This document shows, in pieces, positions 1 to 8,429 of a DNA stretch of 64,000 nt. The notes under the pieces are model-generated. The model was not told the origin of the DNA, searched no databases, and saw only the letters and a program-made list of their open reading frames with translations. Made by a program: the position numbers and the translations under genes. How positions within the stretch are numbered: the stretch's first letter is position 1; each line of letters begins with the position of its first letter. This DNA is from Bacteroidales bacterium (GTDB taxonomy: Bacteria > Bacteroidota > Bacteroidia > Bacteroidales > UBA7960). The DNA lies in contig SLKR01000045.1 in NCBI GenBank assembly GCA_007134525.1, positions 7,621 through 71,620 on the forward strand, in the 5' to 3' direction.

Positions 1-786
1 GGTACTTATCCAGAAAATACCGAACCCCTGCAGAACGCCCTGACAGAATTCACCTATATGGTCAGCATGCATGAGGGATCCGTTTATGACAATAATAAAG
101 CAGGGAAATTGTTCAGATCATATGCAAAAGCCCTTGGAAGTATTACAGGCATTATAAGATCAGCAAAGAAGTGGTATACTGCAGATAAGCCAGGCCCGTT
201 ACCAATTCCGCCCGAAGACCTTCTTGTAATTACCGGACGTAATGCCTGCAACGAAAACGCTTTGAATGTTCTTACCTACATTGCAACAGCATCGGCATCA
301 TGCGCAGGACCCAATAAAAGCCCTGTTAAGTTTTTTAAAGAACTGGAGCTGGGCTGGCCGCTTCAGCGCTCGCTCCAAAGATCAGGCCGAAGCATTGAAG
401 ACACAGCAAATGATCCTGGCCTGGTCAGGATTTTGTTAAAACTGTTTGAAAAAGACAGTACAATTGAATTAAATACCATAAGGCAAATGCTTTCAGATAA
501 CGAAGTACTGAGCCTGATAGGTACAAACCAATATCAAAACCAATGGTATTACAGCAAGGAGAGATTTGAGCTGCTCCTTAAATGGGTTTTCTCAATTTCT
601 GCATTGGAGCTGGTCAGCAGGCAGGAGGCATCAGAGGCCGAAACCATAGCAGGCCGGATAAACGATCTTGCCAATACGATCAACGAGATAGCACGTATAT
701 CGGATAACTCTGCCTACCGCCTTGAAAACCTTAAAAAAATGCTTGATGAAAACACCGGTAAAGATCAGGGAGAGTTGATCAGATAG
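1..786 (+). CDS. C-terminal part of a larger protein cut by the window edge; function unknown
   Basis: Frame 1 is open from nt 1 (GTYPENTEPLQNALTEFTY precedes the first Met at 58) to the stop at 784-786. I cannot assign any catalytic motif. Confidence 0.5.
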   Translation, partial: GTYPENTEPLQNALTEFTYMVSMHEGSVYDNNKAGKLFRSYAKALGSITGIIRSAKKWYTADKPGPLPIPPEDLLVITGRNACNENALNVLTYIATASASCAGPNKSPVKFFKELELGWPLQRSLQRSGRSIEDTANDPGLVRILLKLFEKDSTIELNTIRQMLSDNEVLSLIGTNQYQNQWYYSKERFELLLKWVFSISALELVSRQEASEAETIAGRINDLANTINEIARISDNSAYRLENLKKMLDENTGKDQGELIR

Positions 787-1354
787 GCCGGGTAAGATCA
801 AAATCAGCCTGGAAGACAATCTCCCCGTCGTAGAGTAAACGGTAGGAATAAGTAGTCATATCCTCATCCATTACAACATGCCATTCGCGGCCGAAGTCTC
901 CGTCAAGCAATTCCCTTGAATATTCATCCTTCGGGAAGTACTGTTCATAAGCATTCCCCCTGCCATCAGAATAGCCCCCGTAAAGTGTCTGCACTTCAGG
1001 GGTGCCATCGGGGTATCTGTGGTCATGCCGGAAACGAAGCCTGCCATCCTCTACCAGGAACATCCATGTACGGGATGTATCATCTGACAGATGAAAAGGA
1101 ATATAGACGCGGTCTTCCTCGCACAGGGTAACATGCATTACAAAATCAAGGTGTGCCCAGCTTTCACGTCCTTCAGCCATATAAACCTCCTCCCCCCTGT
1201 AGGAGTTCCCGCACAGGCTGGCAAGATTGTCAAGGAAAGCCCTCTCTGCGGCAGAAAGGCCGTTGGTGCTCTCCTGGGTGCCGGTACCGCCGCCACAGGA
1301 ATTAAAAATGATCATTATTATCAATGCCGGTAAAAATAGTGCTTTACTTTTCAT
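779..1354 (-). CDS. Lipoprotein of unknown function, paralog of 6447..7043
   Basis: Signal peptide plus lipobox (IIMIIFNSC). Shares long blocks with 6447..7043, e.g. SRTWMFLVEDGxLRxRHDHRxPDGTPE and LYGGY. Confidence 0.7.
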   Translation of the reverse strand: MKSKALFLPALIIMIIFNSCGGGTGTQESTNGLSAAERAFLDNLASLCGNSYRGEEVYMAEGRESWAHLDFVMHVTLCEEDRVYIPFHLSDDTSRTWMFLVEDGRLRFRHDHRYPDGTPEVQTLYGGYSDGRGNAYEQYFPKDEYSRELLDGDFGREWHVVMDEDMTTYSYRLLYDGEIVFQADFDLTRPI

Positions 1355-1516
1355 TGTAATATTTGTGTTTGTAAGGAATAAATAAAATCTGTGCCAAGAT
1401 ATAAAATAATATCAGTTGTGCAGTTTTTTTTCTTTACACTGTAACTTTCCCCGCCATATCCCCGTCATACTCCCAAAACAAATCAAAAGCAAGGTAAAAA
1501 AACAGCAAAGGTAATT

Positions 1517-2257
1517 ATGAAAGCAAATGCAGGACACAATATCTCAGCCATTGTTATTATGATCTCGGCGTTGCTGACAATGCAGTCATGTATAACTGAT
1601 GGTCAGGGCGTAATAAGGGGCGACGGAAATGTCAGGAGCATCACCTACCAGCTCGACAGTTTCAGGATGATAAACATAAGCGGCATGTATGATGTCAGAC
1701 TGGAAGCGGGCGACAAGGGAGAGGTTGTCCTTGAAACAGACGAAAACATACATGAGATCACCGATATAAATGTCGAAGACAGTACCCTGTATATCCGCAA
1801 CCTTAAAGAAGGCGCAATCAGGCCGACAAGGATGGAGATGATCATAACATATCCAATGCTGGAGAGTATAGTAATAGGCGGAGCCTGCAGGCTCCATGCT
1901 CCTGAGCATATAACTGCAGGCAGTTTTTCGATTGAGGTTTCCGGTGCGGCAGATATAGACCTGAAGTTTGAGGTAACAGAGCTGTCAACAGTAGTTTCAG
2001 GTGCCGCAAAGATAGTATATGAGGGAGCTGCCCGAAGACACAGTGCCGATATGTCAGGTGCCAGCAGCCTCAGGGCTGAGAACTTAAGGACACAAGAAAC
2101 CAGTATTGAAATTTCAGGAGCGGGATCGGCTCATGTGTTTGCACTTGAGAAACTTAATGCAGTATTAAGCGGGGTCGGATCAATAAGATATTACGGAGAG
2201 CCGGCCGAGGTCATTACCGACCGCAGCGGTCTTGGGAGGATAAAAAAGGCCGGTTAA
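1517..2257 (+). CDS. GIN / DUF2807 domain protein (adhesin-head-like beta-helix repeats)
   Basis: N-terminal signal/lipobox-like segment (LLTMQSC). Repeated SGAA/SGAG/SGVGS strands ending in IRYYGEP, typical of DUF2807. Confidence 0.7.
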   Translation: MKANAGHNISAIVIMISALLTMQSCITDGQGVIRGDGNVRSITYQLDSFRMINISGMYDVRLEAGDKGEVVLETDENIHEITDINVEDSTLYIRNLKEGAIRPTRMEMIITYPMLESIVIGGACRLHAPEHITAGSFSIEVSGAADIDLKFEVTELSTVVSGAAKIVYEGAARRHSADMSGASSLRAENLRTQETSIEISGAGSAHVFALEKLNAVLSGVGSIRYYGEPAEVITDRSGLGRIKKAG

Positions 2258-2289
2258 ATCATTTTTTAATTAATACTATTTGCAATCTT

Positions 2290-3774
2290 ATGAAAACAAA
2301 AAAAAGAGTCATGAAAAAGTCAATAATAAATTTAATGCTCTCTGTTGCATTGCTTTTACCGTTATCAAGCTTTGCAGCCGACATTGACGTTGTTGAAAAA
2401 CGACAGCACCAAGGGTTCACAGGCCTGGAGGTGAGCAGTGTGTTCGAGGTATACCTTACTCAGGGAGATGGGTTTTCAGTGGAGGTCGAAGCGCCTGAAG
2501 AACATCTTGAATATATTGACACATACGTAGAAGGCAAAACCCTGGTGGTTGACTACTCCAGGAGAGCCCGGAACCTCAGGGGCCTTGAACTCTACGTAAC
2601 TGCTCCAGTATTTGAATACATCCATGCAGGAGGTGCTTCAACAGTAAAGAGCGTAAACAGGCTGTCGGGCAGCTCATTGGAGCTGAAGGTCACGGGAGGT
2701 TCCAGAATGGAGATTGAACTCGAAACAGAAAGTTTGGTGACAAATATCAGTGGTGCCGGCAGTATAAGGCTATCGGGCATTGCAACAACTCATAAGCTGT
2801 CAGCAAGCGGTGTTTCGGACGTAAGGGCCTATGACCTGGAGACCAATACTACAAATGTAAACAGCTCAGGAACTGCAAGTGTACGTATAACCGTACTCGG
2901 CGCACTCTATGCAGACGCATCAGGCACTTCAGGCATAATTGTAAGGGGAAACCCGGATGTTGCCAATTACAACACCTCGGTTACAGCAAGCATCAGGGGT
3001 GTCGATGATACAACCCGTGTAGAGAGGCGGGTAGAGCAGGATACCGAGCAGGACACACTTGTTGTGAGCATCGGTCGCAGGGAGGTCGTAATAACAGAGG
3101 GAACCCGTCCGCATATACGCCATCAGACACGCATGCCATGGCAGAACAACTGGAGTGGTTTTTACCTGGGGGTCAACGGCTATCTGACCCATGACGACAA
3201 GACCAGCCTAAGCCCAGAATATTCATTCATGGATCTGGAATACAACAACTCCCTACAGGTAAACCTGAACTTCTGCGAGCAGAACGTTACACTTATAAGG
3301 GGGGGCAGTGGCATGCTCGGCCTGGTCAGCGGCCTTGGCGTGAGCTGGAACAACTACCGCTTCTCAGAGAACATCAGGCTTGTAAAAGGCGAGCAGGAAC
3401 TTGAATATTACTTTGATGATCAGTTCACCTTCAGGAAAAACAAGCTGACGGTATCGCACCTGAACCTTCCGATAATGATGGAGTTTCAGAAAAGGCCGCA
3501 TTCCGGCAGCCGCTTTCATATGGCAGCAGGCCTGAACGTCGGACTGAGGCTAAGAAGCCATACAAAACAGGTTTACAATGATAACGGCGAACGCCAGAAA
3601 GACAAGGAGTTTACGGATTTTCACCTGGCACCTTTCCGTTATGAGGCGATAGCAAGGATCGGCTGGGGGAGTATAAACCTGTTTGCCACATACTCACTGA
3701 GTCCGATGTTCAAGGATGAAAGGGGGCCTGAACTGTATCCTTTCAGCGTCGGTTTAAGACTGCTTAACTTCTGA
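2290..3774 (+). CDS. GIN/DUF2807 domain fused to a C-terminal outer-membrane beta-barrel (PorT/OMP_b-brl_2-like)
   Basis: Signal peptide. The N-terminal half has SGAGS/SGVS/SGTAS repeat strands. The C-terminal ~210 aa shows alternating hydrophobic beta-strand pattern and ends LRLLNF with a terminal aromatic residue. Confidence 0.65.
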   Translation: MKTKKRVMKKSIINLMLSVALLLPLSSFAADIDVVEKRQHQGFTGLEVSSVFEVYLTQGDGFSVEVEAPEEHLEYIDTYVEGKTLVVDYSRRARNLRGLELYVTAPVFEYIHAGGASTVKSVNRLSGSSLELKVTGGSRMEIELETESLVTNISGAGSIRLSGIATTHKLSASGVSDVRAYDLETNTTNVNSSGTASVRITVLGALYADASGTSGIIVRGNPDVANYNTSVTASIRGVDDTTRVERRVEQDTEQDTLVVSIGRREVVITEGTRPHIRHQTRMPWQNNWSGFYLGVNGYLTHDDKTSLSPEYSFMDLEYNNSLQVNLNFCEQNVTLIRGGSGMLGLVSGLGVSWNNYRFSENIRLVKGEQELEYYFDDQFTFRKNKLTVSHLNLPIMMEFQKRPHSGSRFHMAAGLNVGLRLRSHTKQVYNDNGERQKDKEFTDFHLAPFRYEAIARIGWGSINLFATYSLSPMFKDERGPELYPFSVGLRLLNF

Positions 3775-3797
3775 TCCCCGAAAATATCCTGTCCGTA

Positions 3798-3839
3798 CCC
3801 CGCCTCCCTTTGCAGCTTGCAAACAGGCGGGGTCTTTTT
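3798..3839 (+). terminator. Rho-independent terminator after 2290..3774
   Basis: CCCCGCC...TTTGCA-GCT-TGCAAA...GGCGGGG hairpin followed by TCTTTTTG. Confidence 0.7.
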
Positions 3840-3852
3840 GTTTATTAATGAT

Positions 3853-3860
3853 TATTTTTG
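3853..3860 (+). promoter_or_regulatory. Bacteroidetes-type -7 promoter motif candidate for yebC
   Basis: TATTTTTG matches TAnnTTTG, 12 nt upstream of the ATG at 3873. No well-spaced -33 TTTG was seen. Confidence 0.3.
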
Positions 3861-3872
3861 CAATAAAAAGCC

Positions 3873-4628
3873 ATGTCAGGACACAGCAAATGGTCAACCA
3901 TTAAACGCAAGAAGGGCGCACAGGACGCCAGGCGTTCAAAAATATTCTCACGTATTATCAAGGAAATAAGTGTTGCCGTAAAGGAAGGAGGAAATGATCC
4001 TGACGGGAATCCCAGGCTAAGGCTGGCAATAGCCAACGCAAAGGGGGTGAATATGCCGAAAGACAATATCCAGCGGGCAATATCAAAGGCAGGAGAGAAA
4101 AATTCAGCAAGTTTTCAGGAGGTAACTTATGAGGGATATGCAAGTTATGGGGTGGCTCTGTACATTGAGTGTCTTACAGATAACATACAACGCACTGTTG
4201 CAAATATCCGCTCATATCTCAATAAACACGACGGCAAGCTAGAAACCATGGGAGCACTGAGTTTTCTTTTCGACAGGAAGGGAGTTTTCACCATTCCTGA
4301 AAATAATGTTGCCGAAAAGGGACTTGATGAGGATGACTTCCTTATGGAAATAATTGACGCAGGGGCCGAAGAGGCTGAAAACGAAGATGGGTTCTACAAT
4401 ATATACACTGCCATGGAGGATTTTGGCAATATGATGAAAAAGCTGGAAGAAACGGGTGTCGAGGCCGAGAATGCCGAACTGCAGAGAATACCGAGAACCA
4501 CCGTAAAGCTTGAACAGGAGCAGGCGGTAAAGGTTCTGAAACTGATAGACCTTCTTGAAGAAGACGAAGATGTACAGAATATATTCCATAACCTTGAACT
4601 TACTGACGAGATAATGGCGGGGATGTAA
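3873..4628 (+). CDS. yebC: YebC/PmpR family DNA-binding transcriptional regulator
   Basis: N-terminus MSGHSKWSTIKRKKGAQDARRSKIFSR is the hallmark of the YebC family. Length is 251 aa. Confidence 0.95.
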   Translation: MSGHSKWSTIKRKKGAQDARRSKIFSRIIKEISVAVKEGGNDPDGNPRLRLAIANAKGVNMPKDNIQRAISKAGEKNSASFQEVTYEGYASYGVALYIECLTDNIQRTVANIRSYLNKHDGKLETMGALSFLFDRKGVFTIPENNVAEKGLDEDDFLMEIIDAGAEEAENEDGFYNIYTAMEDFGNMMKKLEETGVEAENAELQRIPRTTVKLEQEQAVKVLKLIDLLEEDEDVQNIFHNLELTDEIMAGM

Positions 4629-4632
4629 AAAC

Positions 4633-6381
4633 TTAATACTCGGGCAGGGATTCAATAAGCCTGCGGGTGTATTCGCTTCCGGGATTGTAATAAACAGTGT
4701 CGGTATCCCCGAACTCCTCCATTACTCCGTTACGCATCACCATAATGCGGTCTGACATATATTTCACCACACCAAGGTCGTGCGAAATGAAGATATAGGT
4801 GAGCCCAAAGTCCCTTTTCAGGTCATTTAGCAGATTCAACACCTGTGCCTGTACAGATACATCAAGGGCAGAAACAGATTCATCACAGATGATGAGTTCC
4901 GGGTCGAGTGCCAGGGCCCTTGCGATGCATACCCTTTGCCTCTGCCCGCCTGACAGCTCATGCGGATAACGGTAAAAATGAGCTCTTTCCAGACCTACCC
5001 TTTCAAGCAGACTAAAAACCCGTTCCATCCTCTTTTCTCTATTTGCGGCTATACCATGAACTTTCATTGGTTCCATGATCGCCCTGCCGACACTTAATCC
5101 GGGGGTAAGGGATGCATAGGGGTCCTGGAATATTATCTGAAACCTGGGGCGCAACCTTCTAAGCTCCTTTTTTGAAAGCCGGGACATATCCCTGCCCTTA
5201 TATAATACCTGGCCATCTGTGGTATCTATCAGGCGCATAATACTGCGGCCAAGGGTTGTTTTTCCACAGCCTGACTCTCCCACCAGGCCGAGTGTCTCAC
5301 CCCGGCAAAGATCAAAACTGATGTTTTCAACAGCTTTATGGTACTCCTTAACACGGCCGAAGATATCCCGCCTTTTCGCAAAATATGTCTTTAACCCATT
5401 TACTTCCAGCACTACCTGGTCTTTGTCATAAACACCATGCCATGCAGGGGGTTTGGTTCTGTTGCCTTCTGTATCCTCCCTGATGCCCCCGAAGTCCTCC
5501 ACGATTGCCAGACGGTCGGGCCTTCCATTGGCAGGGGGGCGGCAGGCAAGAAGGGCCCGGGTATATGGATGTTGTGGTTTATCAAAAACAGATGCAGCCG
5601 GGCCATACTCGATTATCTCTCCACGGCGCATTACCGAAGCATTGTGTGCAACCTGCCTGATCACGCCCAGGTCATGGGAGATAAACAGAACCGCTGAACC
5701 ATGTTTTTCCTGAAGCTCCTTTATAAGCTCCAGAATGCTCTTCTGAACAGTAACATCCAGGGCGGTTGTAGGTTCATCAGCGATCAATACAGAAGGATCG
5801 CATGCCATGGCCATTGCGATCATTACCCTCTGCTTCTGCCCTCCCGAAAGCTGATGGGGCCATGAAGAAAATATGCTTTCAGGATCAGGCAGCCTTACCT
5901 CTTGAAACAGTTCATTTACTCTTTTACGGACAGATTGACCGGAAAGAGTGGTATGCCGGTGAATAACCTCAGCAACCTGCCAGCCACAGCGTTTAACCGG
6001 GTTCAGGGAGGTCATAGGCTCCTGGAATATCATTCCTATGTACCGCCCCCTTATTTCCTGAATCTCCTTATCCTTTAACCCCAGTAGGTCTGTCATACCC
6101 CTTTTGGGGTGCCGGAACATTATTCTGCCCGGCCCCACCTTTGTGTTTTTGCCTGCAAGCAGACGCATTACAGCAAGGGCGGTAACGGTTTTGCCTGATC
6201 CCGACTCGCCTACAAGCCCCACGGTCTGACCTGGAAAAAGGTCAAAACCCACATCCTTCACAGCCCGGGTAAAACCACTCTCCGATGTAAAACCAACAGA
6301 GAGATTCCTCACAGAAAGCACAGGTTCATTAGCCATAAAAGTCCGTTTTACATTGACAAATATAGGGTATTTAATTGCCAT
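4633..6381 (-). CDS. ABC transporter ATP-binding protein with two fused ATPase domains (Dpp/Opp D-F type)
   Basis: Two Walker A motifs (GESGSGKT, GESGCGKT), two signatures (LSGGQKQR, LSGGQRQR) and two Walker B motifs (LIADEPT, IICDES). The start may instead be the Met at 6336 (MANEPVLSV). Confidence 0.9.
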   Translation of the reverse strand: MAIKYPIFVNVKRTFMANEPVLSVRNLSVGFTSESGFTRAVKDVGFDLFPGQTVGLVGESGSGKTVTALAVMRLLAGKNTKVGPGRIMFRHPKRGMTDLLGLKDKEIQEIRGRYIGMIFQEPMTSLNPVKRCGWQVAEVIHRHTTLSGQSVRKRVNELFQEVRLPDPESIFSSWPHQLSGGQKQRVMIAMAMACDPSVLIADEPTTALDVTVQKSILELIKELQEKHGSAVLFISHDLGVIRQVAHNASVMRRGEIIEYGPAASVFDKPQHPYTRALLACRPPANGRPDRLAIVEDFGGIREDTEGNRTKPPAWHGVYDKDQVVLEVNGLKTYFAKRRDIFGRVKEYHKAVENISFDLCRGETLGLVGESGCGKTTLGRSIMRLIDTTDGQVLYKGRDMSRLSKKELRRLRPRFQIIFQDPYASLTPGLSVGRAIMEPMKVHGIAANREKRMERVFSLLERVGLERAHFYRYPHELSGGQRQRVCIARALALDPELIICDESVSALDVSVQAQVLNLLNDLKRDFGLTYIFISHDLGVVKYMSDRIMVMRNGVMEEFGDTDTVYYNPGSEYTRRLIESLPEY

Positions 6382-6446
6382 GACAGTTCAGTGATCAGTT
6401 AATTAGGCTTATATTTGCAAGACCCAAATTTTTTAAAAAAAGCTTT

Positions 6447-7043
6447 ATGAAACATACCGGACTTATCTTTATACTGTTATCAGCCCTGGTTCTTTCAGCA
6501 TGCGGGCCCCGGCAGCAGGGAGAGGAAGAAGCCGCTGCAGGGCAGTTAACAACCACGGGGCTGCTCTCAGAGACCCATCAGGAATTCTTCAGAAACCTTC
6601 AAGGTCTGTGCGGAAAATCATTCAGGGGAGAGCAGATATTCAGGAGCCACCATGCACCGGGCTGGGAAGAATACGAAATGGTAATGCATGTGGAAGTATG
6701 TGAAGAAGGGAGGATACTTATTCCATTCCATTTAGGTGAAGACAGGTCGAGAACTTGGATGTTCCTTGTTGAGGACGGCAGTTTGCGATTGCGGCATGAT
6801 CATCGCCACCCTGACGGCACTCCTGAAGATGAATCCCTTTACGGTGGTTACGCTGATGATACTGGCACGGCTTTTGTTCAACATTTTCCGGCCGATCTTT
6901 ATACTGCTGAACTCATCGACGGTGGCGGGGGCAATATATGGACCATCGGTTTTGATGAAGCGCTGACACGTTTTACGTACCGTCTAGAAAGGGATGGCGA
7001 AAAGAGGCTGAGGGTCGATTTCGACCTTACAGAACCCCTTTAG
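6447..7043 (+). CDS. Lipoprotein of unknown function, paralog of 779..1354
   Basis: Lipobox LVLSAC. Conserved blocks shared with 779..1354 (LCGxSxRGE, MHVxxCEE, SRTWMFLVEDG, RHDHRHPDGTPE, DFDLTxP). Confidence 0.7.
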   Translation: MKHTGLIFILLSALVLSACGPRQQGEEEAAAGQLTTTGLLSETHQEFFRNLQGLCGKSFRGEQIFRSHHAPGWEEYEMVMHVEVCEEGRILIPFHLGEDRSRTWMFLVEDGSLRLRHDHRHPDGTPEDESLYGGYADDTGTAFVQHFPADLYTAELIDGGGGNIWTIGFDEALTRFTYRLERDGEKRLRVDFDLTEPL

Positions 7044-7078
7044 GGATTTAAGGGTCTGAATACTAACAATTAAGAACA

Positions 7079-7936
7079 GTGACAGAAAACAGGGAAACAA
7101 CAGTTAAAAGGTTGACGCCGGAGACAGGTGCTGCAGACGAAAACAGCAGACTTTTCTACAAAACTTACCTAAACAGCAGAGAGGATGCCCCATGGGTTAC
7201 CCTCATACATGGTGTTGGTGGCAGCTCAATAATATGGCACAAACAGATCAGGGAGTTCTCCAGACACTTCAATGTTCTTGTGGTGGATCTCAGGGGGCAC
7301 GGCCGTTCACGCGACCTTTTTACAGCCTATATGGGGAGGAAATATACCTTTGAGGATATAAGCCTGGACGTCCTTAGGGTGCTGGAACATCTGGGGATAA
7401 AAAAGAGTCATTTTGTTGGTGTTTCCCTTGGCACGATACTGATACGTGTTATAGCAGAAATAGATCCCGAAAGAGTGCAGTCCATGACACTGGCCGGTGC
7501 AATAACCAGGCTGAACATCAGAAGCCGTTTCCTGGTATGGATTGCCAAGGTGTTCAAGCCCGTAATTCCTTTCATGTGGCTGTACAGGATGTTCGCACGC
7601 ATACTCATGCCCAGCCGCAGGCACAGGGAGAGCCGTAGCATTTTCATTAAGGAGGCTCAGAAGCTATACAGGAGGGAGATAAACCGTTGGTTCAAGCTTC
7701 TCAGGGATGTAAACCCCCTGCTTCAGTATCATGTTGAACAAAACCCCCATGTGCCTACTTTATATCTTATGGGGGATGAGGATCATCTTTTCCTTAACCC
7801 GGTAAAAAGCCTGGTAGAGGACAATGAAATGGCCTCCCTTATAACAATAGGAAATTCAGGACACGTATGCAATGTGGATCAGCCTGCAGAATTCAACAGG
7901 CACGCCATCAGTTTTATCAGAAACTCGCATCATTGA
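7079..7936 (+). CDS. Alpha/beta-fold hydrolase
   Basis: HGVGGSS oxyanion region, DLRGHGRS, nucleophile elbow GVSLG and a C-terminal GHV. GTG start. Confidence 0.8.
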   Translation: MTENRETTVKRLTPETGAADENSRLFYKTYLNSREDAPWVTLIHGVGGSSIIWHKQIREFSRHFNVLVVDLRGHGRSRDLFTAYMGRKYTFEDISLDVLRVLEHLGIKKSHFVGVSLGTILIRVIAEIDPERVQSMTLAGAITRLNIRSRFLVWIAKVFKPVIPFMWLYRMFARILMPSRRHRESRSIFIKEAQKLYRREINRWFKLLRDVNPLLQYHVEQNPHVPTLYLMGDEDHLFLNPVKSLVEDNEMASLITIGNSGHVCNVDQPAEFNRHAISFIRNSHH

Positions 7937-7961
7937 CAGTACTTTCATTCAAGCGCTTAAA

Positions 7962-8429
7962 ATGCCGGAGGAACAGACAATAAGGCTAACCAGAAAGTTC
8001 ACTTTCGAAGCGGCGCATGCCCTTGCTGATTACGACGGAGCATGCAGGAATATTCACGGCCACAGCTACAGCCTTTATGTAACTGTCAGGGGCCGGCCCC
8101 TGAATGAGCCCGGGAATCCCAAGCATGGCATGCTGATAGATTTCTCTCTGCTTAAGGAGATTGTTAACTCTGTTATTATTGACCAGTTTGACCATGCACT
8201 GCTGATAAATGATACGAGTTCACTTTGGCAGACCTTAATGAAAGAAGAGGCATTCGGCAAGTTAATTGCATTGCCATACCAGCCTACCTGTGAAAATATG
8301 ATTTCTGATTTTGCATCCAGGCTAAAGAAAGCACTGCCTGCCGGGGTTGAGCTGTTTTCCCTTAAACTAAACGAAACATCAGCTTCCTATGCCGAATGGT
8401 TTGCCGGCGATCAGAAAAGAAAACTGTAA
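7962..8429 (+). CDS. queD: 6-carboxy-5,6,7,8-tetrahydropterin synthase (6-pyruvoyl-tetrahydropterin synthase family)
   Basis: FTFEAAHAL...CRNIHGHSY...MLIDFSLLK motifs. The internal Met at 7962 was chosen because the longer ORF (7872) overlaps the upstream hydrolase. Confidence 0.85.
   Translation: MPEEQTIRLTRKFTFEAAHALADYDGACRNIHGHSYSLYVTVRGRPLNEPGNPKHGMLIDFSLLKEIVNSVIIDQFDHALLINDTSSLWQTLMKEEAFGKLIALPYQPTCENMISDFASRLKKALPAGVELFSLKLNETSASYAEWFAGDQKRKL

Noticed and set aside
7872-7961. A 5' extension of the queD ORF overlaps the end of the alpha/beta hydrolase gene.
   Set aside because: The extension has no QueD similarity. The Met at 7962 sits 26 nt after the hydrolase stop and gives a standard ~155 aa QueD.
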